Source of the DNA: Candidatus Binatia bacterium
Lineage (GTDB): Bacteria > Desulfobacterota > Binatia > DP-6
Direction of reading: 5' to 3'
NCBI GenBank assembly: GCA_046327955.1
Contig: JAXLXP010000004.1
Span: 497,463-561,462, forward strand
Length of the DNA stretch: 64,000 bases
In this document: positions 29,693 to 40,768 of the stretch, one piece after another
Position numbering within the stretch: the stretch's first letter is position 1
How the letters are laid out: the number at the start of each line of letters is the position of its first letter
The notes under the pieces: model-generated
Databases searched by the model: none
Told to the model about the DNA's origin: nothing
Seen by the model: only the letters and a program-made list of their open reading frames with translations
Position numbers and translations under genes: made by a program

Positions 29693-30235
29693 ATGGTTCG
29701 GGCGTCCCGCGGTCGGTTGACGGAGCTCGTGCTGGTCGGGGTGCTGGCGGCGGCGACCCCGGTCTCGGCGGGCGCACAGAGCGTGGCCAGCGCGTTCGCG
29801 AGCGGGGTCGGGTCGCGCGAAGGCTCGGGGCGGACGGGGCCGGTCACGCTGTACGTCGTGCCCGACGGGCGGCGCTTCCTCCTGACGGACGTCTTGGTCG
29901 CCAACGGCGGGCAGGACGTCGGCCCGCTCTATCTCGCCGACTCCTCCGGCACCCGGATCGCGATCGGGCTCGTGGAGCCGACCGTCGTGAACCAGGGGGC
30001 CACGGTCCTGCAGCAGGTGAAGAACCCCCACGTCACGTTCACGAACGGGATCGTGTTCGAGGCGGGCGAGCCGATCGTCGCGACGCTCGCCAACGGGCTG
30101 CGTGGCGTCGACGTGACGATCAGCGGTCGGCTGGTGACGGGGCCGCGGCGGCCGCGCGGCGTGCGGCTCCCGGGCGGAGCGCGCGGCGACGGGGGCGACG
30201 AGCCCGGGGGCGCCACGGTGCCGTCCGAGCCGTGA
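29693..30235 (+). CDS. Secreted hypothetical protein
   Basis: Signal peptide LVLVGVLAAATPVSAGA. Beta-rich with no recognisable motif. Codon usage matches neighbours. Confidence 0.45.
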   Translation: MVRASRGRLTELVLVGVLAAATPVSAGAQSVASAFASGVGSREGSGRTGPVTLYVVPDGRRFLLTDVLVANGGQDVGPLYLADSSGTRIAIGLVEPTVVNQGATVLQQVKNPHVTFTNGIVFEAGEPIVATLANGLRGVDVTISGRLVTGPRRPRGVRLPGGARGDGGDEPGGATVPSEP

Positions 30236-30244
30236 GCACGCGGC

Positions 30245-31204
30245 TCAGGCCGGTGCGGGCGCGTCGATGCGGGCGCGCCAGTCGTCGAGGACCGCAGCGA
30301 GCGTATCGCTGAGGGCAATTCGCGCGTGCCAGCCCAGGTCCCGCGCGGCCCGGTCGGCGGAGCCGACGAGACGGGGCACGTCGACGAGGCGGCGCCGGAC
30401 CGGGTCGCTGTGCACCCGGAGCGGGACGCGGGCGTGTGTGCGCAGGAGCGCGATCACCTCGGCGATGCTCACGCCCTCGCCGCTGCACAGGTTGTAGGTC
30501 TCGCCGGTCCGCCCGCGCTCGAGCACCGCCGCGTATCCGGCGGCGACGTCGTGGGCGTCCGAGAAGTCCCGCACCGCGTCGGCGTTGCCGACGTGCAGGA
30601 TCGGTTCCTGGCGTCCCGCCTCGATCAGCGCGATCTGGCGCGCGAGGGCGGGGCACACGAAGGCCGTCGTCTGTCCCGCGCCCGTGTGGTTGAACGCCCG
30701 GGCACACACGACGTCGAGGCCGTGGGCGCGGCTCCACTGCCCGGCGGCCACCTCGGCCGCCACCTTGCTCGCGCCATACACCGACACGGGGCGTAGCGGG
30801 GTCGCTTCGGTCACCGGAAGGTCGCGCGGGCCGACGAGGCCGTAGACCTCGCTCGAGCTGACCACCAGGAGGCGGACACGCGGCGCGTACGTGCGCACCG
30901 CCGCGAGCAGGGCGAGCAGCGTGTGCACGTTGTCGCGGTAGGCGGCGGGCGGATCGGCCTCGGCGGCGGGTGCGGAGGTGAGGCCCGCCAGGTGAATGAT
31001 CGCGTCGGGCGACGCCTCGGCGACGACCCGATCCGCGACGCCCGCGTCGAGCAGGTCGCCGGTCGCGAGCGCGACCGGCAGTCCGGCGAGGCGCGGACCC
31101 GCCGGCCGGCGAACGAGGCCCGTCACACGGTGGCCGCGGGCGAGCAACTCGGCGGCGACGACGGGTCCGGCGAAGCCGCCGATGCCGGTGACGAGCACGT
31201 GCAC
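30245..31204 (-). CDS. NAD(P)-dependent epimerase/dehydratase-family GDP-4-keto-6-deoxyhexose reductase (Rmd/Fcl-like)
   Basis: VLVTGIGGFAG Rossmann motif. YGASK catalytic YxxxK. Adjacent to gmd. Confidence 0.7.
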   Translation of the reverse strand: MHVLVTGIGGFAGPVVAAELLARGHRVTGLVRRPAGPRLAGLPVALATGDLLDAGVADRVVAEASPDAIIHLAGLTSAPAAEADPPAAYRDNVHTLLALLAAVRTYAPRVRLLVVSSSEVYGLVGPRDLPVTEATPLRPVSVYGASKVAAEVAAGQWSRAHGLDVVCARAFNHTGAGQTTAFVCPALARQIALIEAGRQEPILHVGNADAVRDFSDAHDVAAGYAAVLERGRTGETYNLCSGEGVSIAEVIALLRTHARVPLRVHSDPVRRRLVDVPRLVGSADRAARDLGWHARIALSDTLAAVLDDWRARIDAPAPA

Positions 31205-31210
31205 CGGGTG

Positions 31211-32561
<1,351 letters not shown>

Positions 32562-32580
32562 GTCGTGACGCTCCGCGCCG

Positions 32581-33186
32581 TCAGCCCTTCTTCGGCTCGG
32601 TGTTGGGCGCGGCCGTCTCGGGTTTCCAGCGCACCGTCAGCTCCGCCTTGTGGTTGGCATAGAAGTGGGAGAGGGGGATCTTCCAGTCGACGCGGCTGCC
32701 GGTCACCGGCGCCGTGGGCTCCGTCTTGGTCACCGTGCCGGGGACGGTGATGCCCAGCTTCGGGTCGTCGTAGGTGCCCTTCACGCTGGCGAGGGGGCGT
32801 GGGTCGATGTTCGGGATCACGATCGTGAGGAGCTCCTCGTCCCCGTCCTTCGCGCGCGTGATCGTGACGCCCTTGAACGCCGAGGCGGTGCCGAGCTTGG
32901 TCACGTCGTCCACGGCAACCTTGACGACGGTGGGCTTGCCCGCGGCGAAGGTCATGGACTGCACCGTGACGTGCGGCGACACGAAGCGCGCGCGTTCGCC
33001 GGCCTCGGTCGCGTCCGCCACCGGCGTGTAGGTGTACGCGAGCGTGGCGGACCCGTCGGCCTTGACCGTCCCGTCCACCGTGAAACAGCCCGAGAGCCAG
33101 GCGGCCAAGCCAGCCAGCAGACAAGCCGCGAGCACGCGGGGCGGCGGGCCGTGCCCGCGCATCGACGCCAACGGAATCTCGCGCAT
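32581..33186 (-). CDS. Lipoprotein, unknown function
   Basis: Lipobox WLSGCF after a signal peptide. Beta-rich. Confidence 0.45.
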   Translation of the reverse strand: MREIPLASMRGHGPPPRVLAACLLAGLAAWLSGCFTVDGTVKADGSATLAYTYTPVADATEAGERARFVSPHVTVQSMTFAAGKPTVVKVAVDDVTKLGTASAFKGVTITRAKDGDEELLTIVIPNIDPRPLASVKGTYDDPKLGITVPGTVTKTEPTAPVTGSRVDWKIPLSHFYANHKAELTVRWKPETAAPNTEPKKG

Positions 33187-33266
33187 GCGAACTGCTTAGC
33201 GATGCCCGCCCGGAGCTGTCAAGGACGCGGGCCGGGTCGAGCGCCGTCGCGCTTGAGCCGTGTGGG

Positions 33267-34739
33267 GTGGGCTGTCACAATCCCGCGGTCGTGAGCGAGC
33301 CTTTCCGCCGACTGTCGGTCCTGGTGCCGGTCTTCAACGAGGTCGGCACGGTGCGGCGGTTGCTCGAACGGGTGATGGCCGTGCCGATCCCGAAGGAGAT
33401 CATCGTCGTCGACGACTGCTCGACGGACGGCACCGGCGCGGCCCTCGAGGCGTTTCGGGCAGCGACCCCGGACACGCCCGAGAACCGGCTCGTTCTCGTC
33501 GCCCACGCGCAGAATCAGGGCAAGGGGGCGGCGGTGCGGACGGCCGTCGGCCACGTGACCGGCGACGTCGTCGTCATCCAGGATGCCGATCTGGAGTACG
33601 ATCCGCGGGAGTACCCGCGGCTCATTCAGCCGATCATCGATGGCCACGCGGACGTGGTCTATGGTTCGCGGTTCTCGGGCAGCCCGCGGCGCGTGCTCAT
33701 GTTCTGGCACACGGTGGGGAACAAGCTCCTCACGCTGCTGTCGAACATGTGCAGCAACCTGAACCTGACGGACATGGAGACCTGCTACAAAGCATTCCGG
33801 GCGGACATCCTGAAACGGATTCCGATCCGCTCGAACGGCTTCGGGCTCGAGCCGGAGCTGACGGTCAAGGTGGCGCACCTGCGCTGCCGGGTCTTCGAGG
33901 TCCCGATCTCCTACTACGGGCGTGACTACGCCGAGGGGAAGAAGATCGGGCTCACGGACGCCTTCTCGGCCGTGTGGACGATCCTGCGCTTCACGCTGCG
34001 CCCCGACGTCGGTCGCGAGGACGCGGGCTTCACCACGCTCCGGCGGCTCGACGGCCTCAAGCGCTACTCGGGGTTCCTGTGGGACCTGATGCGGCCGTTC
34101 GTGGGGCGGCGGATCCTCGAGGTCGGGTCGGGCATCGGCGCGATGACACGCCACCTCGCCTCGCGCGAGCACGTGGTCGCCACCGACCTCGACCCGGAGT
34201 ACCTCGACCTGCTGCGGCGCACGCACGGCGATCGGCCCAACGTCGAGGTGCGACCGCTCGACCTCGCCCAGCTCGCGCAGGCCGGGTTCCCCCCCGACAG
34301 CTTCGACACGATCGTGTGCGCGAACGTCCTCGAGCACATCGAGGACGACGTCGGCGTGCTGCGGGCGATGCGCGGGGTGCTCGCCCCGGAGGGCCGGGTG
34401 ATCCTCGTCATCCCGGCGCTCGCCCGCCTCTACGGGGCGATCGACCGGGCGATTGGACACCACCGCCGCTACTCGCGCGCGGAGATCGTGCGCAAGCTCG
34501 AGGCTGCCGGGCTCACGGCCGAGCACGTGCGCTTCTTCAACGTCCCCGGCGTGTTCGGGTGGTACCTGAACGCGGTGCTGCTGCGGCGCACGACCGTCCC
34601 GGGCTTCCAGGCGCGCATCAACGACGCGCTCGTTCCCCTCCTGCGCGTCGAGCGATGGCTCCACCCGCCGTTCGGCATGTCGCTGCTCGTGGTTGCCCAC
34701 CCGACATCGGCGGCGCCGCGCGCCGGCGCGGGCTCGTAG
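33267..34739 (+). CDS. Bifunctional GT2 glycosyltransferase / class I SAM-dependent methyltransferase
   Basis: N-terminal GT2 (LSVLVPVFNE, VVDDCSTDGT, IQDADLEYDP). C-terminal methyltransferase (ILEVGSGIGAM, CANVLEHIEDD). Real start may be the GTG at 33291 (VSEPF...). Confidence 0.75.
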   Translation: MGCHNPAVVSEPFRRLSVLVPVFNEVGTVRRLLERVMAVPIPKEIIVVDDCSTDGTGAALEAFRAATPDTPENRLVLVAHAQNQGKGAAVRTAVGHVTGDVVVIQDADLEYDPREYPRLIQPIIDGHADVVYGSRFSGSPRRVLMFWHTVGNKLLTLLSNMCSNLNLTDMETCYKAFRADILKRIPIRSNGFGLEPELTVKVAHLRCRVFEVPISYYGRDYAEGKKIGLTDAFSAVWTILRFTLRPDVGREDAGFTTLRRLDGLKRYSGFLWDLMRPFVGRRILEVGSGIGAMTRHLASREHVVATDLDPEYLDLLRRTHGDRPNVEVRPLDLAQLAQAGFPPDSFDTIVCANVLEHIEDDVGVLRAMRGVLAPEGRVILVIPALARLYGAIDRAIGHHRRYSRAEIVRKLEAAGLTAEHVRFFNVPGVFGWYLNAVLLRRTTVPGFQARINDALVPLLRVERWLHPPFGMSLLVVAHPTSAAPRAGAGS

Positions 34740-34795
34740 CCGTTCGCTCCGCGCGGCCGTTGCGTCAGGTCGCACGCCGTCGGTACAAGCAGCCG

Positions 34796-36535
34796 ATGGC
34801 GCGGTTGTGGGGGTACCTCGGGCGGTACCGGGTCCGCTACGCGGGCGGGATCGCCTGCCTCGTCGGCGCGACGAGCCTCACGATGGCCGTTCCCTGGCTC
34901 TTCAAGCGCGCCGTCGACGCGATCGCCGCCGGCGCGCCGGTCGGGCAGCTCGTCCGGTTGCTCGCCGCCGTGATCGCGATCGCGGCCGTGCAGGCGGTCG
35001 TCCGGACGTACTCGCGCTTCGTCATCTTCAACGTCGGGCGGGACATCGAGTACGACCTGCGCAACGACCTCTTCGCCCACCTCGAGCGCCTGCCGGTCGC
35101 GTTCTACCAGCAGCGGCAGACGGGCGACCTCATGTCGCGGCTCGTGAACGACGTCACCGCGGTTCGGCTCCTCCTCGGTCCGGGCATCCTCAATTTCATC
35201 AACACGCCCGTGTACTACGCGTGGGGGCTCGGCATCATGCTCTCGCTCGACGTGCGTCTCACGCTGCTCGCGCTCGCGGTGTACCCGCTCGCGCTCGGGT
35301 TCGTGAAGCGCACGAGCCGCGTCCTGATGGACCGCACCCTGCGCGTGCAGGAGGGCCTCGGCGAGCTGTCGAGCCGTGTGCAGGAGAACCTCTCCGGCAT
35401 CCACGTCGTGCGCGCGTACGCGGCCGAGGAACACGAGATCGCGGACTTCCAGGCGCTCAACCGCCGCTTCCAAGAGGCGAACCTCCGCCTCGCGCGCGTG
35501 CGCGGCTTCATCGGTCCGGTGATGAACGTCGTCGGCGGCGTGGGGACGCTGGTCGTCCTCTGGTACGGCGGCGGCCGGGTGATCGCCGGCGCGCTCTCGC
35601 TTGGCGACGTGGTCGCCTTCATCGGATACCTCCATCTCCTCACGTGGCCGACGATGGCGCTCGGCTGGATGCTGTCGGTGTTGCAGCGCGGCCGGGCGGC
35701 GATGCAGCGCCTCAACGAGCTGCTCGAGACGCGGCCGGCGATCGCCGACGCGCCGGACGCCAGCATCCCGCCGGCGTGCCAGGGTGAGATCGCGCTCCGC
35801 GGGGTGACGTTCCGCTACCCTGGCCGTCCCGACTCGCGCCCCGTGCTCGACGCCGTCGACCTCACGATTCCCGCCGGGCGCACGGTGGCGATCGTCGGCC
35901 GCACGGGCGCCGGGAAGACGTCGATCGCGCAGCTCCTGCCGCGGCTGTTCGACCCCGACGCGGGCGCCGTGCTGCTCGATGGCCGCGACGTGCGCACCTT
36001 GCCCATCGGCTGGCTGCGGCGGCAGGTGGGGCTCGTGCCACAGGATCCGTTTCTCTTCTCGCGCACGATTCGGGACAACGTCGCGCTCGCAGTCGAGGGG
36101 GACGGCCACGACCGGGTCGAATGGGCGGTCGGGATGGCCGGGCTCGCGCGCGACGTCGCCGACATGCCGCGCGGGCTCGACACGCTGGTCGGCGAGCGCG
36201 GGATCACGCTCTCCGGCGGACAGAAGCAGCGGGCGACGCTCGCCCGCGTCGTCGCCGCGGCGCCGCGCGTGTTGGTGCTCGACGACGCGCTGTCGAGCGT
36301 CGACGCGGCGACGGAGCGGGAGATCCTCGATCGGCTGCGCGGGTTCTTTCGCGAGCGCACGACGGTGCTCATCGCGCACCGCCTGACGACCGTCCAGGAG
36401 GCGGACGAGATCGTGGTCCTCGAAGAGGGACGCGTGGCCGAACGGGGCACGCACGAGGCGCTCCTCGCTCGCGGTGGCGTCTACGCCGACCTCTTCCGGC
36501 AGCAGGCGCTCGAGACGGAGCTGGAGGCCATCTGA
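34796..36535 (+). CDS. ABC exporter, fused transmembrane and ATP-binding domains (MsbA-type), subunit 1
   Basis: Six TM helices then Walker A GRTGAGKTS, signature LSGGQKQR, Walker B VLVLDDALSSVD. Confidence 0.85.
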   Translation: MARLWGYLGRYRVRYAGGIACLVGATSLTMAVPWLFKRAVDAIAAGAPVGQLVRLLAAVIAIAAVQAVVRTYSRFVIFNVGRDIEYDLRNDLFAHLERLPVAFYQQRQTGDLMSRLVNDVTAVRLLLGPGILNFINTPVYYAWGLGIMLSLDVRLTLLALAVYPLALGFVKRTSRVLMDRTLRVQEGLGELSSRVQENLSGIHVVRAYAAEEHEIADFQALNRRFQEANLRLARVRGFIGPVMNVVGGVGTLVVLWYGGGRVIAGALSLGDVVAFIGYLHLLTWPTMALGWMLSVLQRGRAAMQRLNELLETRPAIADAPDASIPPACQGEIALRGVTFRYPGRPDSRPVLDAVDLTIPAGRTVAIVGRTGAGKTSIAQLLPRLFDPDAGAVLLDGRDVRTLPIGWLRRQVGLVPQDPFLFSRTIRDNVALAVEGDGHDRVEWAVGMAGLARDVADMPRGLDTLVGERGITLSGGQKQRATLARVVAAAPRVLVLDDALSSVDAATEREILDRLRGFFRERTTVLIAHRLTTVQEADEIVVLEEGRVAERGTHEALLARGGVYADLFRQQALETELEAI

Positions 36536-36543
36536 GCAGCGCC

Positions 36544-38325
36544 GTGGCCGAGATCGAGGGCAAAGCCTACGACGCGCAGATCCTCCGCCGCCTGTGGACG
36601 TTCGTCTGGCCGGTGCGGGGCGTGTTCTGGGGGGCGCTCCTGCTCTCGCCCGTGAACCAGGCCTTCAGCCTGGTTCAGCCGTATCTGCTCAAGGTCGCGA
36701 TCGACCACTACGTGACGGCGCGCGATCTCGGCGGCCTCCATCGCGTGGGGCTCCTCTTCGTCGGGGCGATCGTCGGCGAGTTCCTCTCCTATTACGGGCA
36801 GCAGTATCTGACGATGGTCGTAGCGCAGCGCAGTCTCGCCGACCTGCGGGTGGCGGTGTTCGCCCATCTCCAGCGCCTGCCGACGCGATTCTTCGACCGT
36901 ACGCCGGTCGGCCGGATCGTCTCGCGGGTCACCACCGACGTCGACGTGCTGAACGAGATGTTCGCCGCCGGGGCGATGACGATCGTGCTCGACGTGCTGA
37001 AGCTCCTGGGGATCGTCGCCTTTCTGCTCTGGATCAACTGGCGGCTCGCGCTGTGGAGCCTCGTGCTGCTCCCCCCGATGGGGCTCGCCGTCGACTACTT
37101 CCGCCGCATGGCGCGGCGGACCTACCGGCAGATTCGCGAGCGCATCGCGCGCATCAATGGCTACCTCCAGGAGGCGATCTCGGGCATCGCCGTCATCGCC
37201 CTCTCGGACCGTGCGGCGCGGGCGTTCGAGGAGTTCCGCGAGCTCAACGCCGCCCACCGCGACGCCAACCAGCTGTCGAACCAGCTCGAAGCGGCGCTGT
37301 TCTCGACGGTGGAGGCCGTGAGCACCGTGTCGGTGGCGGTCATGCTCTGGCGCGGCGGCGTCCTGCACGCGCAGGGCGCGGTCGAGCTCGGCACCGTGAT
37401 CGCGTTCATCCAGTACATTCAGCAGTTCTTCGTCCCGATCCGCGACTTCAGCGCCAAGTACGCGGTCATGCAATCGGCGATGACCGCCGGCGAACGCATT
37501 TTCGCGCTGCTCGACCTCGAGCCCGAGCCGGCACCGGCCGCGCCGCGTGTGCCGGCCACCCTGCGGGGCGAGATCGTCTTCGAGCACGTGTGGTTCGCCT
37601 ACAAGGGAGAGGAGTGGGTGCTGCGGGACGTGTCCTTTCGGATCGCGCCGGGCGAGCGGACCGCGATCGTCGGCGCCACGGGCTCGGGGAAGACGACGCT
37701 CATCAAGCTCCTCGACCGACTCTACGACGTGCAACGGGGGCGGATCCTCGTCGACGGTGTGGACGTGCGCGAGTGGGAGCCCGGGGTCCTCCGGCGCCGC
37801 ATCGGCGTCGTGCTGCAGGACGTGTTCCTGTTCAGCGGCCCGGTCGCGGCGAACATCAGCCTCGGGCGTCCCGACATCTCGCGCGCGGCGGTCGAGACGG
37901 CGGCGCGGCACGTGAATGCCGACGCGTTCATTCGCCGCATGGGGGGCTACGACGCGCCGGTGCGCGAGCGCGGCTCGAACCTGTCGGGGGGCCAGCGCCA
38001 GCTGCTCGCGTTCGCGCGAGCCCTGGCGCACGATCCGGCGATTCTCGTGCTCGACGAGGCGACGTCCAGCATCGACCCGGAGACGGAGTGGCTCATCCAG
38101 GATGCGCTCGAGAAGCTGCTCGAGCAGCGCACGTCGGTGGTCATCGCGCACCGCCTGTCGACCATCGAGCACGCCGACCGCATCCTCGTCCTGCACCGCG
38201 GCGTTCTCCGCGAGGAGGGCACGCACCGCGAGCTGCTCGCGCGCGACGGCGTCTACGCGCGGCTCTACCGCGTGCAGTACGCCGGGGCGACGGGGGCCGC
38301 CGCCGCGGCGGGTTCCGGGACGTGA
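36544..38325 (+). CDS. ABC exporter, fused transmembrane and ATP-binding domains (MsbA-type), subunit 2
   Basis: GTG 9 nt after the upstream TGA. Six TM helices then Walker A GATGSGKTT, LSGGQRQ, ILVLDEATSSID. Probably a heterodimer with subunit 1. Confidence 0.85.
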   Translation: MAEIEGKAYDAQILRRLWTFVWPVRGVFWGALLLSPVNQAFSLVQPYLLKVAIDHYVTARDLGGLHRVGLLFVGAIVGEFLSYYGQQYLTMVVAQRSLADLRVAVFAHLQRLPTRFFDRTPVGRIVSRVTTDVDVLNEMFAAGAMTIVLDVLKLLGIVAFLLWINWRLALWSLVLLPPMGLAVDYFRRMARRTYRQIRERIARINGYLQEAISGIAVIALSDRAARAFEEFRELNAAHRDANQLSNQLEAALFSTVEAVSTVSVAVMLWRGGVLHAQGAVELGTVIAFIQYIQQFFVPIRDFSAKYAVMQSAMTAGERIFALLDLEPEPAPAAPRVPATLRGEIVFEHVWFAYKGEEWVLRDVSFRIAPGERTAIVGATGSGKTTLIKLLDRLYDVQRGRILVDGVDVREWEPGVLRRRIGVVLQDVFLFSGPVAANISLGRPDISRAAVETAARHVNADAFIRRMGGYDAPVRERGSNLSGGQRQLLAFARALAHDPAILVLDEATSSIDPETEWLIQDALEKLLEQRTSVVIAHRLSTIEHADRILVLHRGVLREEGTHRELLARDGVYARLYRVQYAGATGAAAAAGSGT

Positions 38326-38330
38326 GGGGC

Positions 38331-39373
38331 GTGCGCACGTGGCTGCTGGCGCTCGCGCTGCTGCTCGTCGCGGGGTGCGGCGGCCCGGCGTACCTGGCGC
38401 GGCTCGGCTGGTCGGAGGCGCGCATCCTCTGGCGGCGCGAGCCCATCGACGCGGTGCTCGCGCGCCCCGCGCTCGACCCCGAGCTGCGCCGGCGTCTCGC
38501 GCTCGTGCTCGCGGTGCGGGACTTCGCACGCGACGTCCTCGGCCTCCGCGTCGGCGAGAGCTACGCCACGTTCGCGGCCGTCGAGCGGGACGAGGCGACG
38601 GTGTGGGTGCTGGCGGCGGCGCGCCGGGACCGGCTCGAAGCGCACACCTGGTGGTATCCGGTCGCGGGTCGTGTCCCGTACAAGGGCTTCTTCGACGAGG
38701 GCGGTGCGCGGGCCGCGGCGCAGGTGCTGGCGGCGCGCGACCTCGACACCGACCTCCGCCGGGCGCTCGCCTTCAGCACGCTCGGGTGGTTTGCCGACCC
38801 GCTGCTGTCGACCACGGCGGCCGCGCCACCGGTCGAGCTTGCGGACACGGTGATCCACGAGCTGTTCCACGCCACGCTGTACGTGCCGGGGCCTCGCGCT
38901 TCAACGACTCGGCGGCGAACTTCGTCGGCCACCGGGGGGCGATCGCGTTTTTTTGCCGCACGGCGGGGGGTGACGGCGAGCGCTGCGGGACGGCCCGACG
39001 GGCGTGGCGGGACGAGCGCGCGCGCGCCGTGTTGCTGGGGCGGCTCGCGCGGCGGCTCGAGCGTCTCTACGCCCGACGGTTGCCGGTGGCCGTGCGCGAG
39101 CGGGCGCGGGACTGGCTCGCGCAACAGGCGGCGACGGCGCTCGTGCGCGGGGGGCTCGGCGCGCGCGCCATGGTGCTGCCCGCGAACAACGCGCGCCTTC
39201 TCGGCGAGCTCGTCTATCTGAGCGACCTCGACGCGTTCGACCGGCTGGCGCCGTCGGACGACGCGCTGCCGGCCGCGATCGCGCGGCTCGTCGCCACGGC
39301 GCGGACGGCGCGGGACCCGTTCGCGGCCGTGCGCGAGGCGGCGCCGCGTGGCCGTGCTACAGGGGGCCCATGA
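38331..39373 (+). CDS. Lipoprotein zinc peptidase (HExxH, aminopeptidase-like) with apparent -1 frameshift at about 38897
   Basis: Lipobox LLVAGCGG. HELFHATLYVPG in frame 0, then the conserved continuation RFNDSAANFVGHRGAIAFF... in the -1 frame through to a stop at 39373. One extra G in the GGGG run would restore YVPGASRFND. Confidence 0.5.
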
Positions 39374-39993
39374 TTCTCCCGCAGGCGTTTCGCCCCCACC
39401 CCTGGCACGGGATCGACCCCGGGCCACGCTACCCCGAGGTCGTCACGGCATACATCGAGATCGTGCCCACCGACGGCGTGAAGTACGAGATCGACAAGCG
39501 TTCCGGCTACCTGCGTGTCGACCGGCCGCAGCGGTTCTCGAGCGTGTGCCCGACGCTCTACGGGTTCGTGCCGCGGACGTTCTGCGGGGAGGCGGTCGCT
39601 GCCCACGCGATCGCGGGCGGGCCGCTCGTCACCCGCGGGGATGCCGATCCGCTCGACATCTGCGTGCTCACCGACCGCCACATCGCGCGCGGCGACATCC
39701 TCCTCGACGCGCGGCCGATCGGAGGGCTACGCATGGTCGAGCGCGGCGAAGCGGACGACAAGATCATCGCCGTCCTCCTCGGCGATCCGATGTACGGGGA
39801 GCTCGCCGACGTTGGCGCGCTTCCGCGCGCCGTGATCGACCGGCTGCGCCACTACTTCCTCACCTACAAGGCGATCCCGGGGGACGAAGCGCCGACGATC
39901 ACGGTCGACCCGGTCTACGGGCCGGACGACGCGCGCGCCGTGCTGGCCGCCGCCCACCGGGACTACTGCACGCGCTTCGGGGAGGCGCCGTAG
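39370..39993 (+). CDS. ppa: Inorganic pyrophosphatase (family I)
   Basis: YEIDKRSG, DGDPLDICVL, DDKIIAV motifs. ATGA overlap with the upstream gene. Confidence 0.9.
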   Translation: MILPQAFRPHPWHGIDPGPRYPEVVTAYIEIVPTDGVKYEIDKRSGYLRVDRPQRFSSVCPTLYGFVPRTFCGEAVAAHAIAGGPLVTRGDADPLDICVLTDRHIARGDILLDARPIGGLRMVERGEADDKIIAVLLGDPMYGELADVGALPRAVIDRLRHYFLTYKAIPGDEAPTITVDPVYGPDDARAVLAAAHRDYCTRFGEAP

Positions 39994-40017
39994 CGCCGGT
40001 CGGGCGCCGCGGCTAGA

Positions 40018-40530
40018 GTGGCGTCGATGTCGGGCGGAGCCGAGCCACCGCGCTTCGCGTGCGACGTGATGCTGGGGCGGCTCGCGCGCTGGCTGCGCAT
40101 CCTCGGCTACGACGTCGCGTACGGTCCGCACCTGCGGCGCCTCGTCCTGCTGCGCTGCGCACGCCGCGAGGGGCGGCTCCTGCTCACGCGTGACACGCGG
40201 CTGCTGCGCGATCCGGAGCTGCCGCCGCACGTGTTCTTGCGCAGCGACCATTTTCGCGAGCAACTGCGCGAGGTGGCAGCCCGCGTCCCTCTGGGCACCG
40301 CGGCGTTGCTCACGCGCTGCCTCGACTGCAACCGCCCGCTCGAGGCGGCGCCGCGGGCGACGGCGCAGGATCGCGTGCCGCCCTACGTGCTCGAGACGCA
40401 GGCGCGCTTCCAGCGCTGCCCTGGGTGCGGCAAGCTCTACTGGTCGGCCACGCATCGGGCGCGGATGGAGCAGGAGTTGCTCGCGCTCGGGTTCGCACGG
40501 AGCGCCCCGGAGGGCCCCGGTGTCCGCTGA
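40018..40530 (+). CDS. Mut7-C RNase-domain protein (PIN-like plus C-terminal zinc ribbon)
   Basis: FACDVMLGRLARWLRILGYDV start is typical of Mut7-C/DUF82. C-terminal CLDCN...CPGCGKLYW zinc ribbon. Confidence 0.7.
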   Translation: MASMSGGAEPPRFACDVMLGRLARWLRILGYDVAYGPHLRRLVLLRCARREGRLLLTRDTRLLRDPELPPHVFLRSDHFREQLREVAARVPLGTAALLTRCLDCNRPLEAAPRATAQDRVPPYVLETQARFQRCPGCGKLYWSATHRARMEQELLALGFARSAPEGPGVR

Positions 40531-40768
40531 GGGTGGGTTCCCGGTCGCGTCCTGCCAGTCGTGCGGGCGGGAGGTGCTCACGCATCTCGCTTTGGACGGC
40601 GCCGGCCGCGAGTTGCGGCGGTGCGTGCACTGCGATGCCGATCTCGATCCCGACTCCGTGCGATGGGTGAGCCCGGCCGACCTGGACCCCCTCGGCTACG
40701 GCATCCGCGAAGAGTCCCCCGGGGGCGGCTGCGCTCGGCCCGACTGCGGCCGCGGTCGCTGCGGCTGA
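40520..40768 (+). CDS. Small Cys-rich putative zinc-ribbon protein
   Basis: GTG overlaps the upstream gene's end. CQSCG...CVHCD...CARPDCGRGRCG. Support is weak: high-GC ORF, no ribosome-binding site. Confidence 0.3.
   Translation: MSAEGGFPVASCQSCGREVLTHLALDGAGRELRRCVHCDADLDPDSVRWVSPADLDPLGYGIREESPGGGCARPDCGRGRCG

Noticed and set aside
36474-39221. 915-aa ORF overlapping the second ABC exporter and the peptidase
   Set aside because: Its first two-thirds is an alternative frame of the ABC exporter (nonsense). Only the segment 38331 to about 38900 is real, as the N-terminal part of the frameshifted peptidase.
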